This document shows positions 27,479 through 43,239 of a stretch of DNA of 64,000 bases, piece by piece; position 1 is the first letter of the stretch; every line of letters begins with the position of its first letter. Origin of the DNA: the human T2T-CHM13v2.0 reference genome, Homo sapiens; assembly GCF_009914755.1 (NCBI RefSeq), contig NC_060943.1; one strand, given 5' to 3'. A program made the position numbers and the translations under genes. The notes under the pieces were generated by a model. That model searched no databases. It worked only from the letters and a program-made list of their open reading frames with translations, and was not told the DNA's origin.

Positions 27479-27561
27479 TTAATCCCCCGAACATATGATG
27501 GGGATTAATCCCCCAAACCCTTGGGGGGGATTAATCCCCCAAACATATGGGGATGGGGGGA
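27479..27561. repeat. Three-copy ~26-bp tandem repeat containing GGGGATTAATCCCC palindromes
   Basis: Units ttaatcccccgaacatatgatgggga / ttaatcccccaaacccttggggggga / ttaatcccccaaacatatggggatgggggga. Confidence 0.85.
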
Positions 27562-28559
27562 CTTGTGACAACTTACCACTCTTTCCCTGGATAGCTCCTC
27601 TATGGAATGTGGTAGAGTTTGGGGGCCACCCAACCCTCAGGCTGGCCAGGGAGGGGTGGGCAAGGGGAGCTGAGAAGGGCTTGGGGATCCTCACGAGGGA
27701 AAACTGAGGCCCAAGGGGTGGGATGTGAAAGGATCAGTCGGTAACAAGACCAGTCCCTCTGAACCCTCTAAGAGAGGTCCTGGGTAACCGTATGTATTTA
27801 ACCCTGCAAGCTGTTGGCTACATTTCACTGGAGAAAATGCAGGCGTGGAGGGTCCCACCGCTTGACCACCTCGGGGAGGACTGACAGTGAGCAGAGGGTC
27901 AGTAATAGCGTCCCTGTTGCTGGCACATCTCTGGCCCTCAAAACACCACCCTCCACCATGGGTGGGCATTGGGGTAGTATGTGGACACAGGGGAGATAGA
28001 GGCCTGGCTGGGCCCCTCAGGGAACACGGTGACCCCAAACCACCACAGGCTCCTGCACTGTTGAGGTGGGGCTGGTGACAGGGTGGGGGTGACAGGGACA
28101 GAGTTGAGGGACCTGGAGGAGGTAGAGAGAGTCAGCAGTCAGGTCCATATCCCAAGAGGTCAGGGTTTGGGGGGTGAAGCTGGCATTGGAGCCCAGCCTA
28201 AGGGCCAGTGCCTGCCAGAGACACCTGCAGGAACCACAGCCCCCACTGTCCCGGAGAGGCAGGGAAACTAGGGAATTGGGACATCAGCAGGGTCACCCCA
28301 AAGTTAGATGGCACATGAACTGTGTGGAGGGAGGCAGCAAGGTGAGGAGACCCTCAGGAGGACCCTTTGTTCTCATATGCTATTTCCTGGACTTTGTCCA
28401 CAAAGAAGCCCATTCTAGGATGTAGGGCCCAAACCCAAATGGCTAGGCGTGGAGAACCTGTTAGCTAAATGACAAGCCATCATACATACATGTGTATATG
28501 TAAGTTTATTTCAGGTTTGTATTTTTAGATATAGGGTTGCCCAGGCTGGAGTACTGTGA

Positions 28560-28890
<331 letters not shown>

Positions 28891-29490
28891 TGAACTCCCA
28901 ACCTCAGGTGATCTGCCCACCTCCACCTCCCAAAGTGCTGGGATTACAGGCGTGAGCCACCGCGCCCAGCCTCAGAAATTTTTTAAGTGAAAAAAAGCAG
29001 GGAGCAGAATAGAACTTGAAGTATAATTTGCATTTTAAAGGTTCCATCTAAAACACGATTGTGCCTACGATTGTTTACATGTGGAATATCCTCTGAAGCC
29101 AACCCAATACCTGCTCTTTTCCCACGGGCCATGGAGACTGCTGAGACAGCCTGTGGGGAGAGGAAGGCAGTCTCCGAGTGGCACCCTTGGAGTGTCCTGT
29201 CATTTGTTTTGACTTATGGGAGGAGAAAGCCTCTGTGCTCCATTCCGCATACATCTGGGTTTGGTTTTTCATCTTTTACAAGGAAAACGTCCTCGCGTGC
29301 TGCTTGAACATGCATGCGCGCACATCTGTACGTGGGCATGCATGCACAGCAAAGGCCTGGACTGAAGCCACACCTTGCTTTTGCTACTGGGGCTTCTTGG
29401 CAGCGCCTTCTGCCTGTCTTGCCCCAAGGAAGCTCCAGGGAGGAGAAAGGCCATGACAGGGATCTTGTGGTTCCACTTAGTCCTAAATTA

Positions 29491-29545
29491 TTAGGTTGGT
29501 GGAAAAGTAATTGAAGGTTTTGCCATTACTTTTGCACCAACCTAG
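29491..29545. mobile_element. Internally deleted MADE1 (Hsmar1 mariner MITE)
   Basis: TA|TTAGGTTGGTGGAAAAGTAATTG...ATTACTTTTGCACCAACCTAG|TA: Hsmar1 TIRs with TA flanks. Confidence 0.88.
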
Positions 29546-30710
29546 TACAAGGCAGCAGGGGAGATTTTACCTTCCAAATGAGATCCTTCCCAGTCTGTAG
29601 AGGGGAAACTGAGGCCTGAGATCAAGTGACCTGCCTGGGTCAACGCCAGGACAGGCATCCTGGGCTGGAGACCACTCCTCCTGTCCTCCTAAGACACCCT
29701 GACCGGCCTTAGGGTGATATTAAGAGGAACTAGGGGAAGAAGGGTTCCACTACTGAAGAGAAATTCCTGGTGGTTCCTCAACCCCTGCAGGTGAGCCCCA
29801 CATTTTCCCTGCAGGCTCCGGCCTTTCTCAGGGAGTGCCACTGAAGCTAGCGGTTAGACATCGCTAAGATGAAGGCAGGGTGAGGGTCTTGGCTGGCAAT
29901 AGCTTCCCCCGGGACACGGTAGAAGTGAGGCTGGGGGTCCTGCCTCAGCTTCCTAAGGGCTCTGTCTCAAGGCTCCCGCTAAGCTGCCCACAGGGACCTT
30001 TCTACATGAGCATCACCTGCCCTGGGCACAGTGCCTTCCCCCTCCCTGCAGTCTGGCTCCTCCCCTCCTCACCCTGGTCAGGCAGAGGCCCCTGCAGGCC
30101 CCCTGGGTGCTGCCTTGGTCTCTGCTGTGCCCTCTGCACGCCCCTCCTCACCTGGAGGGCCAAGGGGCTGTTGACAGAGGAACCATGGGCAGGCTGGCAG
30201 CACCCAGGGACAGCAGGGAGTGTGAAGATGACAGAGAGGCAGCTCTGCAGTCAGAGGGTGGCCCAGGCAGGCTCTGGTTTTACTCTGGCAGCTGGAACCC
30301 CAGCCCTGGGATGATGGGGCAAAGCCCTGTGGGGACAGGTGAGTCGTAGGCAGCAGGGGCACAGCTCCCACTGCCCTGACACCCCTCAAAGGCAGCTTCT
30401 GTACTTGGCGGTACCGATTACCCTCCCCAGCCTCCCCAGAAGGGAATTGCCCTCCCTCTGGTGGGTGCTTGGTCCCTTCCTGCTCTCTGGCATCTTCCAA
30501 GCTTTCCTGGTGACAGTGACACAAGGTCCCTCAGGTGGGGCAAGCCAGTGAGGAGGGGCCCGAGGGAGGAGCACCACGCCGGCGGAGGGCACGTCCTGGG
30601 AGGCAGCCATCATCTGGTTCTACACTGCACTCCCATCTGCGTGCGCTGGTGTCTGATCTGATTTTAAAAACACAGCCATGGAGACCCCAGCACACTGCAT
30701 TTCCTCTACA

Positions 30711-30716
30711 TTTATT
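30711..30716 (-). terminator. Distal polyadenylation signal AATAAA of SUGP2
   Basis: tttatt on +; minus-strand downstream sequence gtgtgctggggtctccatggctgtgttttt is GU-rich; TGTT/TTTT-rich sequence lies upstream. Confidence 0.8.
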
Positions 30717-31827
30717 GCAACGGCTAAATGATTAACAACATTCACAACTTCTTAGATCTTAAAAAACAGAAACAAAAGAAAACTTCCATTTTGTAACATC
30801 ACAAATGTCTTCTAGGCTTTATCAAGGACCAAAAACACTACAATTCTCTAAGTGATTTCCAGTGATGGAAACAAGCCAGAGACAGTAAAGCACCCAGAGT
30901 GGCGAGAGAGCACTTCCAGATGCCTGTTGTCCTCTCGGGGGTGACCCTGGAACTAGAACGACAGAAAAGACACTGTGACTTTGACACGGCTGTGCCACCA
31001 CACATCACGCGCGACACGAGGATCCTGCAGAGCGGCCTCTGCAGAGAGCAAGGACAGCCTCGGTTAAGAGGGAGGGGCTGGGGGCACGGAGGGCCAGTGG
31101 CATCTCCTCTATCCCGGCTGGCCGGCAGCTGGCAGCACGCACCATGCTCTGCTGGCTCCCGACACCTTCACTGCCCCAGCGCTGAATCCACAGGAGAGGT
31201 GTCCTCTGAGAGTGTAGGGGGCTTTCTAGGTTCAAGGAGATGTGCCCTTTGACCCCTGCCAAGGACTCACAGAACCATCTCAGCTCAAACTTGGAGGAGC
31301 GGCAGGAGGTGGGGGGCGGTCAGTGGCCACACGCCACAGATTCCTAAAGCATTTAACTTTTTAATAAAATGAAGTGGAGAAAGTCAAGAATGAACATGCT
31401 AGGACAAAGCACATGGAATGGTCAGGGCGATGCTGGAGAGAGTGCGCTTGATCCACGCTGCAGGTGTGTGCGCCTCGCTCGGGTCAATGGGCTGAGCCCC
31501 GCTTGGAGCTCCATCCATTCACCTGACCCATGGCCAACATGGAAGCTGTCGGAGGGGTCAGGAAAGGAGAAGGAGAAAGGAGATGATGAACCCCCCGCAC
31601 CTGTGACTCCCCAAAACCAGCTCCACTCCAGGCCCCCACAGGCTGGTTCGTTCGAGGGTTGGGTTATAAACCCAAACTCCATCCTCCATGCTGGCACCTC
31701 TACTGCCATAAAGATCTGCCAGTTGCCAAAGCTACAGAAGCCACTGGAAGCAAGCAGAGCCCCTGGGGGTGGTGGCACTGCAAGGTGACAGGGACCAGGC
31801 AGACAAGGAGCTGGGACCACAGCCTAG

Positions 31828-32454
<627 letters not shown>

Positions 32455-32900
32455 AAAGCCAGGATTTCTTTACAGCCAATACAAGTGGCATTTCCCGCTC
32501 AGTTCTGTGGCTGATGCCCTAGCCACTGCTGTGTCCCCTAATCCTGGGGTGTCAGAGGGATCCTAAGTTTTCCAGATTTTTGCCCATACTTAAAACTTCA
32601 ACGATCCTGCTTCACAAGGAAGGATGAGTGGAGAATTGAGTGGAGTTACACGCAGCAGAGTGCTGGGGAATCTGGAGAGCGGGGGCGATCACATGCCTGG
32701 AAATAGAGCAGCTGCAGAGCCCACCCCAGGAGGAGCCTGCCTCTCCTTACAAAGGCTGTAATAAGACAGCACTTGACGATGCCATACGTGCGAAAAGTGC
32801 AGAGTCTCAGAGGGTTTACAACCCCCATCCCTTTGTAACTGTAGTTTGCTTACACTGTGGATTCTAAAGAGACATGTAAATCTGGGGCCGATTTCATCTG

Positions 32901-32906
32901 TTTAAT
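32901..32906 (-). terminator. Candidate proximal poly(A) signal ATTAAA, upstream of the 3'UTR Alus
   Basis: tttaat on + in an AU-rich context; a second ATTAAA lies at 31365-31360. Confidence 0.45.
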
Positions 32907-34167
32907 GATTACTCCCCACCCGATAGAGCTATTCTATACTGTTGCTAAAATTTCATTAAGTCTCTCAAGATGCATTGATGAGATGAGACACCATGAATAA
33001 CACATTCATCAACTCAAGTATGGCAACTGTTCAGAGAGCTTCAGAGCTTTGGTACCCGAGTGCAGACTTGGTAATTACCGGGAATTTGTCTCCCCCGTAT
33101 AAATTCTGGCGAACAACGAGAAAACACCATCTGTGATCGTTTCCACATCACGTTTGCTAACAGAGCACTTCTGGAGAGCAATGGCCAGTCCAACTGGAAA
33201 ATCAGCCAGAGGAGCTGGTTCCTCAGCACTCACAGGCTGAGGTGCCTTTCGGGGGCAGCGCCACCTTCTGAAGGGGAACCAAGACAGATTTGGAGGGGAC
33301 TTGCTGCTAAAAGCATGTGAACAGAGAGGAGAGGCAAAAGCACATTGAAAATGGTGCATGTTTTTTTCTTTGAGAGAAAGAAAAGCCAGCGAAACCTCCG
33401 CCCCAGAGACTGCAGAGACGTTTGTTTTCATGTACACACCAAACCGTACTTGGGCACTGGCTCCAGGCCGATCCAGGGCAGGGATGATGTTTTAAGGGCA
33501 ATTGCTGCTTCAAGGCTTATCTTTCACATCAGTGGTTTTGATCTATTCAGGAAGAGAACGATTTTGTTCAAAACTGAGGTGGAAATTAGGTGAGGGGGCA
33601 ACTAAAAAAAAAAAAGAATAGAAAGATGAGGATATTTACAGGCCCAAGGCCCTGCAGAAGGAAAAGGATTTGAAGACCCTCACAAAGGGACACAGCCAAC
33701 TGCCATCCTCTGTGGCAGTGGCTGTCACAGTCGCCCTTCCACTTGCATGATGGCAAGGCCCTCTGGACTAGGAACAGTCCGTTTGCTGGTCATGTTATGT
33801 GGTAGGTGGCTGTCATCTGTGAGAGAAAACTTGAGCAAGAGAAGAGACAGGCGTGGCCTATTTCCACACGCACATCCACGGAGGCTGGCCTGGAGGCCTT
33901 GAGGGGCTCACAGCCGGGGCACCAGGCAGGCCATGCGCATCTGCCCTTGGCCAGTGTGAGGTTTGCTCCTTCAGCAAACCTGGAAGGTAAGAATGGGGCA
34001 TATCCACATCCATAGACCCTTTTGTTTCCCTCACAGAATTTTGTGATTTTTTTTGTGTGTGGCATTTTTGGGGGAGCAGGGAACATCAACTTTGTTGGGG
34101 GAAATTTCTCTGCATACCAGCACGCCAGCGAGGGCAGACGGCCTTACACACTGGCCTGTGAACATAC

Positions 34168-34288
34168 CTATTTGTTGGCCCGCTTGTGTCTGTACATCTG
34201 CATCATCCTCTGTCGGAACACATCGAATGTGTCTTCTTTGTGCTCCTGCCCGTCAGCACCCAACCCTTCCCCTTCCGAGGGGGTTCCC
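34168..34288 (-). CDS. SUGP2: SUGP2 last coding exon, 121 bp (GTPSEGEGLGADGQEHKEDTFDVFRQRMMQMYRHKRANK*)
   Basis: Acceptor ttttcactccctag|GGGAACC; the TAG stop (34170-34168) is followed directly by the donor gtatgt. Confidence 0.93.
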
Positions 34289-34945
34289 CTAGGGAGTGAA
34301 AAAGAGAGTCAGTTGTGCACCTGAGCCCAGGGCCTGGCATGCCAGGAACTGGGCATGGGCACAAACAGTCCATGAGATGCAGGTGTTTGGGACACACACT
34401 GAGACATCAAAGAAAGGGAAAATCAAGACGCGACTCACAGTAGAAACAAGGAGTACTCACCCTCGAAGAGCTGGCTTTTGAGGGGGTGCCCAGAGGGCCC
34501 TGGTTACCTCGGAATGCCTTACCCAGCAGGAACTAAGCTCAGTATTAAATGAAATGCCTGCTGGAGGTTATGATCGGGGTTTAATAAACTTTGGGCCTGT
34601 GTTCGGGACCCTGGCTGGCCCGGCTATGGGTTCCCGGGAATGGGAAAGCAGTTCCAGACGGAAACTACACAGAAATACCACTTAGCTTTTATGATGGTCA
34701 CAAATGTGGCCAAAATGACCAGGGCCAACAAGCTGGTTAAAAAATCTACACCAGGACAGAAAGGAACCCTGTAAACACCTGCACATGTAAATGATCAGCT
34801 TCTCATCTGAAGATGCCTTCTGTTTAAAAAACAAAAATCAACTGCCAGCTGTAAGCCATCTTGGCTGTGAAGGAGCCAAGCGGCAGGCTGCAGGTGGAAG
34901 GACTGAGGCCCCACCCACTCCCACCCCAGGCTGCCTGCTGCGTAC

Positions 34946-35082
34946 ACGCTGACCGGCTCCCTGATGCCCTTTCCGAGGGAGCCCAGGCCATGGCCCTCCT
35001 TCCAGCCCATCTTCTGCAGCATCTGGAAGCCCAGGTTCTTATCGGTCAGCTTCTGCTGGGCGAAGTCCAAGTCCTTGGGTTT
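34946..35082 (-). CDS. SUGP2: SUGP2 coding exon, 137 bp; most of the G-patch (KPKDLDFAQQKLTDKNLGFQMLQKMGWKEGHGLGSLGKGIREPVSV)
   Basis: Acceptor ctctcctcag|AAACCC and donor AGCGT|gtacgc; matches the G-patch consensus (N.G..ML.KMGW..G.GLG..G.GI..P). Confidence 0.95.
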
Positions 35083-35707
35083 CTGAGGAGAGAGGAGAGT
35101 CCAGGCATGTGGGCCACAGGGAGATGCCTGGATCAAGGGTCTGTCCTAGGCTATGCCTGGAGCCCCTCACCCCCAAATGCCCTCCTGACTCCCCAGATGC
35201 TCAGGCTCAAGCTCCAGTCACTTCCCCAGTTCTCTGCAACATCCCTGGGTGGGATGGAACTTCTAAGTCAGAGGTCACTGGCCTGAGGTCAGTCGTGCCT
35301 CTCAGCTACCACTATAACCCTGGTGCCAAGACTGTGAGGAAAACTGGGTAAGGGAATGGCCAGTCCCGGGGTCAAGGAGTCAGTAGGAAGGCCCTCAGCG
35401 GAACCCTGGATAAAGAAGGGTGGCCCTGTGATGACCACAGGGCGCAGCCCAGGGAAGAGTGGGGGGCACCAGGGCACAGGCCTGCAGGCAGGATGGGGGC
35501 CAGACAGTGGGTGAGAACTGGCTGGCAGCACCCTCCCTGAACCACCCCAACATACCCCTCCCCGAGTGCTTCATTCACTCCCTGGCTGCATTGTCTGTCT
35601 GTCCTCAGGACTGAGTTCTACTTGGACATTGGGGTCTGTGTCTAGCACAGAGCAGACCTCACTGAGAGCTAGTACAGCTGTTGATTGCTCCTGTGGGTGG
35701 TGGGGAA

Positions 35708-35740
35708 GTGCAGCAATCTCTGGGCCACTAGATGGAGATC
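35708..35740 (+). promoter_or_regulatory. Candidate CTCF site
   Basis: GGCCACTAGATGGAG core-like motif with an upstream TGCAG element. Confidence 0.4.
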
Positions 35741-35903
35741 TGGAGACAGACAGGGCCCTGGGGCCTCTGGAGGAGGAGCCTGCAGGGCTGTAGCAGAAGG
35801 AATTTCTATTCACTCATGAATATTCATGACACACTGCTGTGTGACAGAGCCCAGCTGGGCAGTCCAAGACCTTGCCATGTATTCCTTGGCTCTTCACGAG
35901 TCA

Positions 35904-36250
<347 letters not shown>

Positions 36251-36292
36251 CTATGTTGCCCAGGCTGGTCTCGGATTCCCGGCTTTAAGTGA

Positions 36293-36532
<240 letters not shown>

Positions 36533-37276
36533 TAGTAGAGACGGGGTTTCGCCATGTTAACCATGCTGGTCTTGATCAAACTCCTGACCTCAGCTGATCT
36601 GCCCGCCTCAGCCTCACAAAGTGCTGGGATTACAGGCATGAGCCACTGCGCCTGGCTGATGTATTTATTTAAGGCATTTACTGAACGACCTGGGGAGGCT
36701 GTGAGGGTTCATGTGCTCTTGAGAGGGAGGGAGGAAGGTGCTGAGGAGGATCACGGGGGCTGGTGCTGGGGGTCTGAGCAGGGGACAGGTGGGAGTGGCT
36801 GGGAGAGGGTTAGATGACCCTGGGCATGGGAAGCAGGGTGAGAAGGGCATGCTGAGTGCTGTGAGCTCAGGTCTTTGGGCAGTCAGCCCTCATCAGCTTA
36901 GCAACCTGCCCCATGATGTCATGCAGGCCTCACGAGGTATAATTCAACCAAAAGACAAATCCCCCCCTTGCCATCTGCATTGAGGTGCCCAGGAATCAGC
37001 TTCCCTAACGTTAGGGGTGCATGTGGGAGGCACTCCAGAGACAAAGGAGCTTGGAGACAAGGCACAAAAGGCTGAGCCTGGGGGAGCCAGGGGCTGGGAG
37101 AGGAAAGGGAGAAGGGAGAGAGCAGGGCCTCAGGTCAGGAGGGAGGGAGGGAGGAGAGAGCAAGTGCTCCCATAAGGAAGGCCTGGGCCTCTGGAGCTCC
37201 TGGGGCCTCAGTGTTCTCACCCTAGAAAGGGACAAAACAACCTGGAGAGGTGCTGAGAACTCAACATGCAGCAAGA

Positions 37277-38374
<1,098 letters not shown>

Positions 38375-40814
38375 TAGCTGTGTGTGTGTATGCATGTGTG
38401 TGTGCGTGTGTGTATGCATGTGTGTGTGCATATGCGTGCACATGTGTGTATCTTGTGTGTGTGCGTGAGTTACTGGATGCAGGCGGCCCCTCCATAATGG
38501 CATGAGGTGGTCTTGGTGAGGCGGTGTGGGCAGAAGTATCTCTGCAGGGCAGTTAAGGAGGGGAGGTATGAAGGGAGGAGCTATGCTATGGGCTGGGACA
38601 GGAAGAGGGGCACAAACAGTGAAGAGACACCCCTGCAAGCCAGGGGACACCAGACAGGACCTGCTACACTGGGGGGCCCCTTGCCATGAGAAAGTGGCCT
38701 GGAGAAAAGAGGTGACAGAACCCACCGGCTGAGATGAGAAACGGGGCATCCGTCAGGCCCTTCTGGGAGCTGTGCACGACCTGGGCCCTGGGATGACGGG
38801 TAGGGAAGGAAGGGGAAAGGCTGGTCATGGCAGGGCACAGGGGTCCCCAGAGGGCAGGTCTGTACTCTTTTCCCTTTCAGGAAGGCTGCTTGGAGGTGCA
38901 GTGGGAGGAAGAGGGTTTGGCTCAGCCTGGAAGTTTCTTCGTGAATGTTTAAATCTGTGTTTAACAATCATGATGGTGGTTTCCTGGACAGCTGGAGGAA
39001 AGCCAAGCCCTGTGGGCGAGGTGGAGGTTTGCAGAGGAAAGCTGCAGCCACCACGGCCTCCCTTCCACCCACAGTCACTGGCAGACAGGAGGGCAGGTGC
39101 AGAGCCCCAAGGAGACAGCAGCATGTGCAGGACACCCACCAGGAACCGCGTTCAGTTTAATCCTCACTGTACCTCCTACCTGCTGGGTAAGTGTGGCCAT
39201 CCCATTTTACAGACAAATCCGTGGCTCAGGGGTTACACGCCAAGGTTACAAAACTACTCGGTGGCAGGGCTGAGCTAGAGTACAGCTGTGCCTGACACCA
39301 AGGTCCTGCTGTGCCCTCATCTGGCCGTGCCCTTATCCAGGCCACACCAAGGGGCACCAGATGCCAGCTCAGCCTAAAACCTGGCACATCAGTAAGGACT
39401 ATGAGCTCTGGACTCGGGAAGGTCCCTCCTTCCTGCCATAATTGGGGTCAGACTGACCTAGGTCACTCGGAAGGGGTTGGAAGCAACATGGCACTGCCTG
39501 ACACCAGCAGAGCGATCTCGCTTGGCTCCCCGCCCTCCTCCCTGACCATGAAGGACTGGTGAAGTCTCTCCACATGTGTCCCAGGTGACCCTGCTTGCCC
39601 CCAGCACTGTGTCCCCCAGGCCATCTGGAGTGTACCTGCCCCCTTTCCATAACCTGGCTCCAGGTCAGTGAATGGCAGTTCTGTCCCTCTTCTGCCCAAG
39701 CTGACAACCCTGGGGTCATCTGGACTCCTGGCTTTTGCACACCCAGCCCACAAGCAGGTGTCACCCACTCCATCTTCTCCCCTTCTCATTGCTCCTCATG
39801 CCCTGGTCCAACTGTCTTAAGTTTGAGCCTCCTCCTGGTTCCCGCCCACAGGCTGCTCTCCACCCTAGTGGCCACATCCACCACAGGTCCCAGAGGTACC
39901 CTCCCTTCCCTGAGAAAGGGCCACAGCGTTAACATCTGTTGAGGTCCTGTGTGACCACCCCCCGGATTCCTCTGCTGCCACAAAGGCCTCTTGCTGCCCC
40001 AGCCTCTCTACCGAGGCTGTGCCCTTCTCAGATCTCTACACTGTTTCTCCTCAGCTCCTCCAGGCTTGTGCCAACGTCATCTGCAAGAGAGACCTCCCTT
40101 GGCTTTCCCAATTCAGCGGCATCCCCTCGACCCCACCTTATTCTCCCTCTCTTTGACCTGCTTCTCTTTGCCCACAGCATCCCCAGGACTGCCTCATCCA
40201 TTTCTCTTTCACTGTTGGCCCTGCTTGCTGCTGCCTCCAGGTGGACAGTCGGGACCTGGCACGTAGGAGGTGCTGACCGCACACACCACGCTCTGCTTAC
40301 TAGCAGATTAGTGAACTCTCTTCACCACCCTTCCAGTCTACTAAGCTTGTAAGTTTTTATGTTTTATTTTTTAAGGAGACCAGGAGGAGACATAGGTCTC
40401 ACTATGTTGCCCAGGCTGGCCTCAAACTCCTGGGCTCAAGTGATCCCCCTGTCTTGGCCTCCCAAAGCACTGGGATTACAGGCGTGAATCAGTGCACCTG
40501 GATAACTTGAACTTTTTTTTTTTTTTTGAGACAGGCTCTCAGTCTGTCGCCCAAGCTGGGGTGCAGTGGTGCAATCAGCTCACTGCAGCCACGACCTCTC
40601 AGGCCCAAATGATCCTTCCACCTCAGCCTCCAGAGTAGCTGGGACTACAGGCATGCACCACCATGCCCAACTAATTTTTGTATTTTTTGCAGAGACAGGG
40701 TTTTGCCTATTGCCCAGGCTGGTCTTAAACTCTTGGACTCAAGCGATCTGCCCACTTTGGCCTCCTAAACTGCTGGGATCACAAGTGTAAGACACCCAAT
40801 CGGCCTTAGCTTGA

Positions 40815-40997
<183 letters not shown>

Positions 40998-41414
40998 TAG
41001 TAGAGACGGGGTTTCATCGTGTTAGCCAGGATGGTCTCGATCTCCTGACCTTGTGATCCACCCGCCCTCTGCCTCCCAAAGTGCTGGGATTACAGGCGTG
41101 AGCCACCACACCTGGCCTAGCTTGAACTTCTTAAGGGCCAAGACATTATCTCGTTTATCTCTCAAATCCCACTGCATCCATTACAGGGATCTCAACTATC
41201 CATTACACAGATGAATCACTAGTCTATGCTTTGGACAAAGGCAAAACAGTTTTCAAAAGCCCTCCCAAGAGAAAAGTCTCTGTTGTGTTTTACACATTAA
41301 TACCTCAGTTTGAAATGTTAGCACAGCTTAATCACAAGCTGCAGCATCCTTTGGAACTCCAACAAATTCTAACCAACTATACTTTGAGTGAGGACTACCA
41401 ATGATTACGCTCAC

Positions 41415-41476
41415 CTTCTTTTTGGACATGGGACGACCCCGAGGCCTGTCATAGGCAATTCGAACTGGTTCATGGA
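41415..41476 (-). CDS. SUGP2: SUGP2 coding exon, 62 bp (VHEPVRIAYDRPRGRPMSKKK)
   Basis: Acceptor cttttgtcttctag|TCCATG and donor AAGAAG|gtgagc; phase 1 to 0 links the flanking exons in frame; basic NLS-like end. Confidence 0.92.
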
Positions 41477-41962
41477 CTAGAAGACAAAAGAAAGAGACAC
41501 ATACACATACATGTGCTTTTCCTAAATTACTTAGAGACTGAAGATCTTGCAGTCTATTTTGGCTAACAGTTCTCTGATGACAGAAGGTGTCTTAGGCTCT
41601 GCATGGCAGCTGCTGAGCCCCAGCTCCTCTCAAGAATGAACATGTATGACCCCTGGAGTGAGCAGAGACGGGACACGCTCAGGGTAGGCAGCTTGGGCCA
41701 TAATGAAGGGTTCACTGAGCGGTGCCTTGCTTTTGGAAAGTCTATTCAAACCTAAGAGTCCCCACATTTATAACAAAAGATCCAATACATGGATTATTTT
41801 CCATGACTACAGAAATATATTTTGCTTCAACAAAATATTTGTGATACTGTGCCCTCCTAGTTTATCTGCAGCTAATTCACTGGGAAATAATTAAAGTCTG
41901 GCCAGGCGCAGTGGCTCATGCCTGTAATCCCATCACTTTGGGAGGCCGAGATGGGCGGATCA

Positions 41963-42259
<297 letters not shown>

Positions 42260-42299
42260 TCATATCATTTTATTCTATTTTTTATGAAAGGGAGATTAG

Positions 42300-42650
<351 letters not shown>

Positions 42651-43239
42651 TGAGAGCTTCTAATGCAGAAATAAAAAACTCCACCTCCCCCCAAGAAGAG
42701 CATACATAACAAGCACTCTGATACACTACCTGCCATCCATGACAAGTTTAATTATTTACTTCATTTTTTTTACATTAATTTTTTTTTCTTGTAAAGATTA
42801 GGTCTGGCCATCTTGCCCAGGCTGGTCTCAAGCTCCCGGGCTCAAGCGATCCTCTTGCCTCAGTCCCGCTAAGCTGGGATTACAGGCACGAGCCACTGCG
42901 CCTGGCCCCATGAGAAGTTTTGAAGGATGGTAAAGGTTATAGTAGAATGGTTAGCATTTCACTGCAACACCAAATTTTTCAAACACAAAACATGAGGACT
43001 ATTCCAAAGCAGGAAAAACCATAAGGCCACTGTCACATGTAAATGTGACTGTCTGAATGATGTAGAACACACAGGTGACTGTTTAACACAGTCCCACAAT
43101 GGGGCACCATTCACTACAACTTCACACATAGGTTTTGCAGCAGAAGTCCCATGTGAAAGCACGGTCCAGGCCTGACTGTGGGGAGACAGCTTGGAGGGCA
43201 TTGGGGGCACAGGAGTCATCTGGGCCACGGCGTGCCCAT

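Noticed and set aside
27479-27561. Repeat-spacer pattern superficially like a CRISPR array
   Set aside because: Human DNA, only three units, spacers ~10 nt and mutually related, no cas genes.
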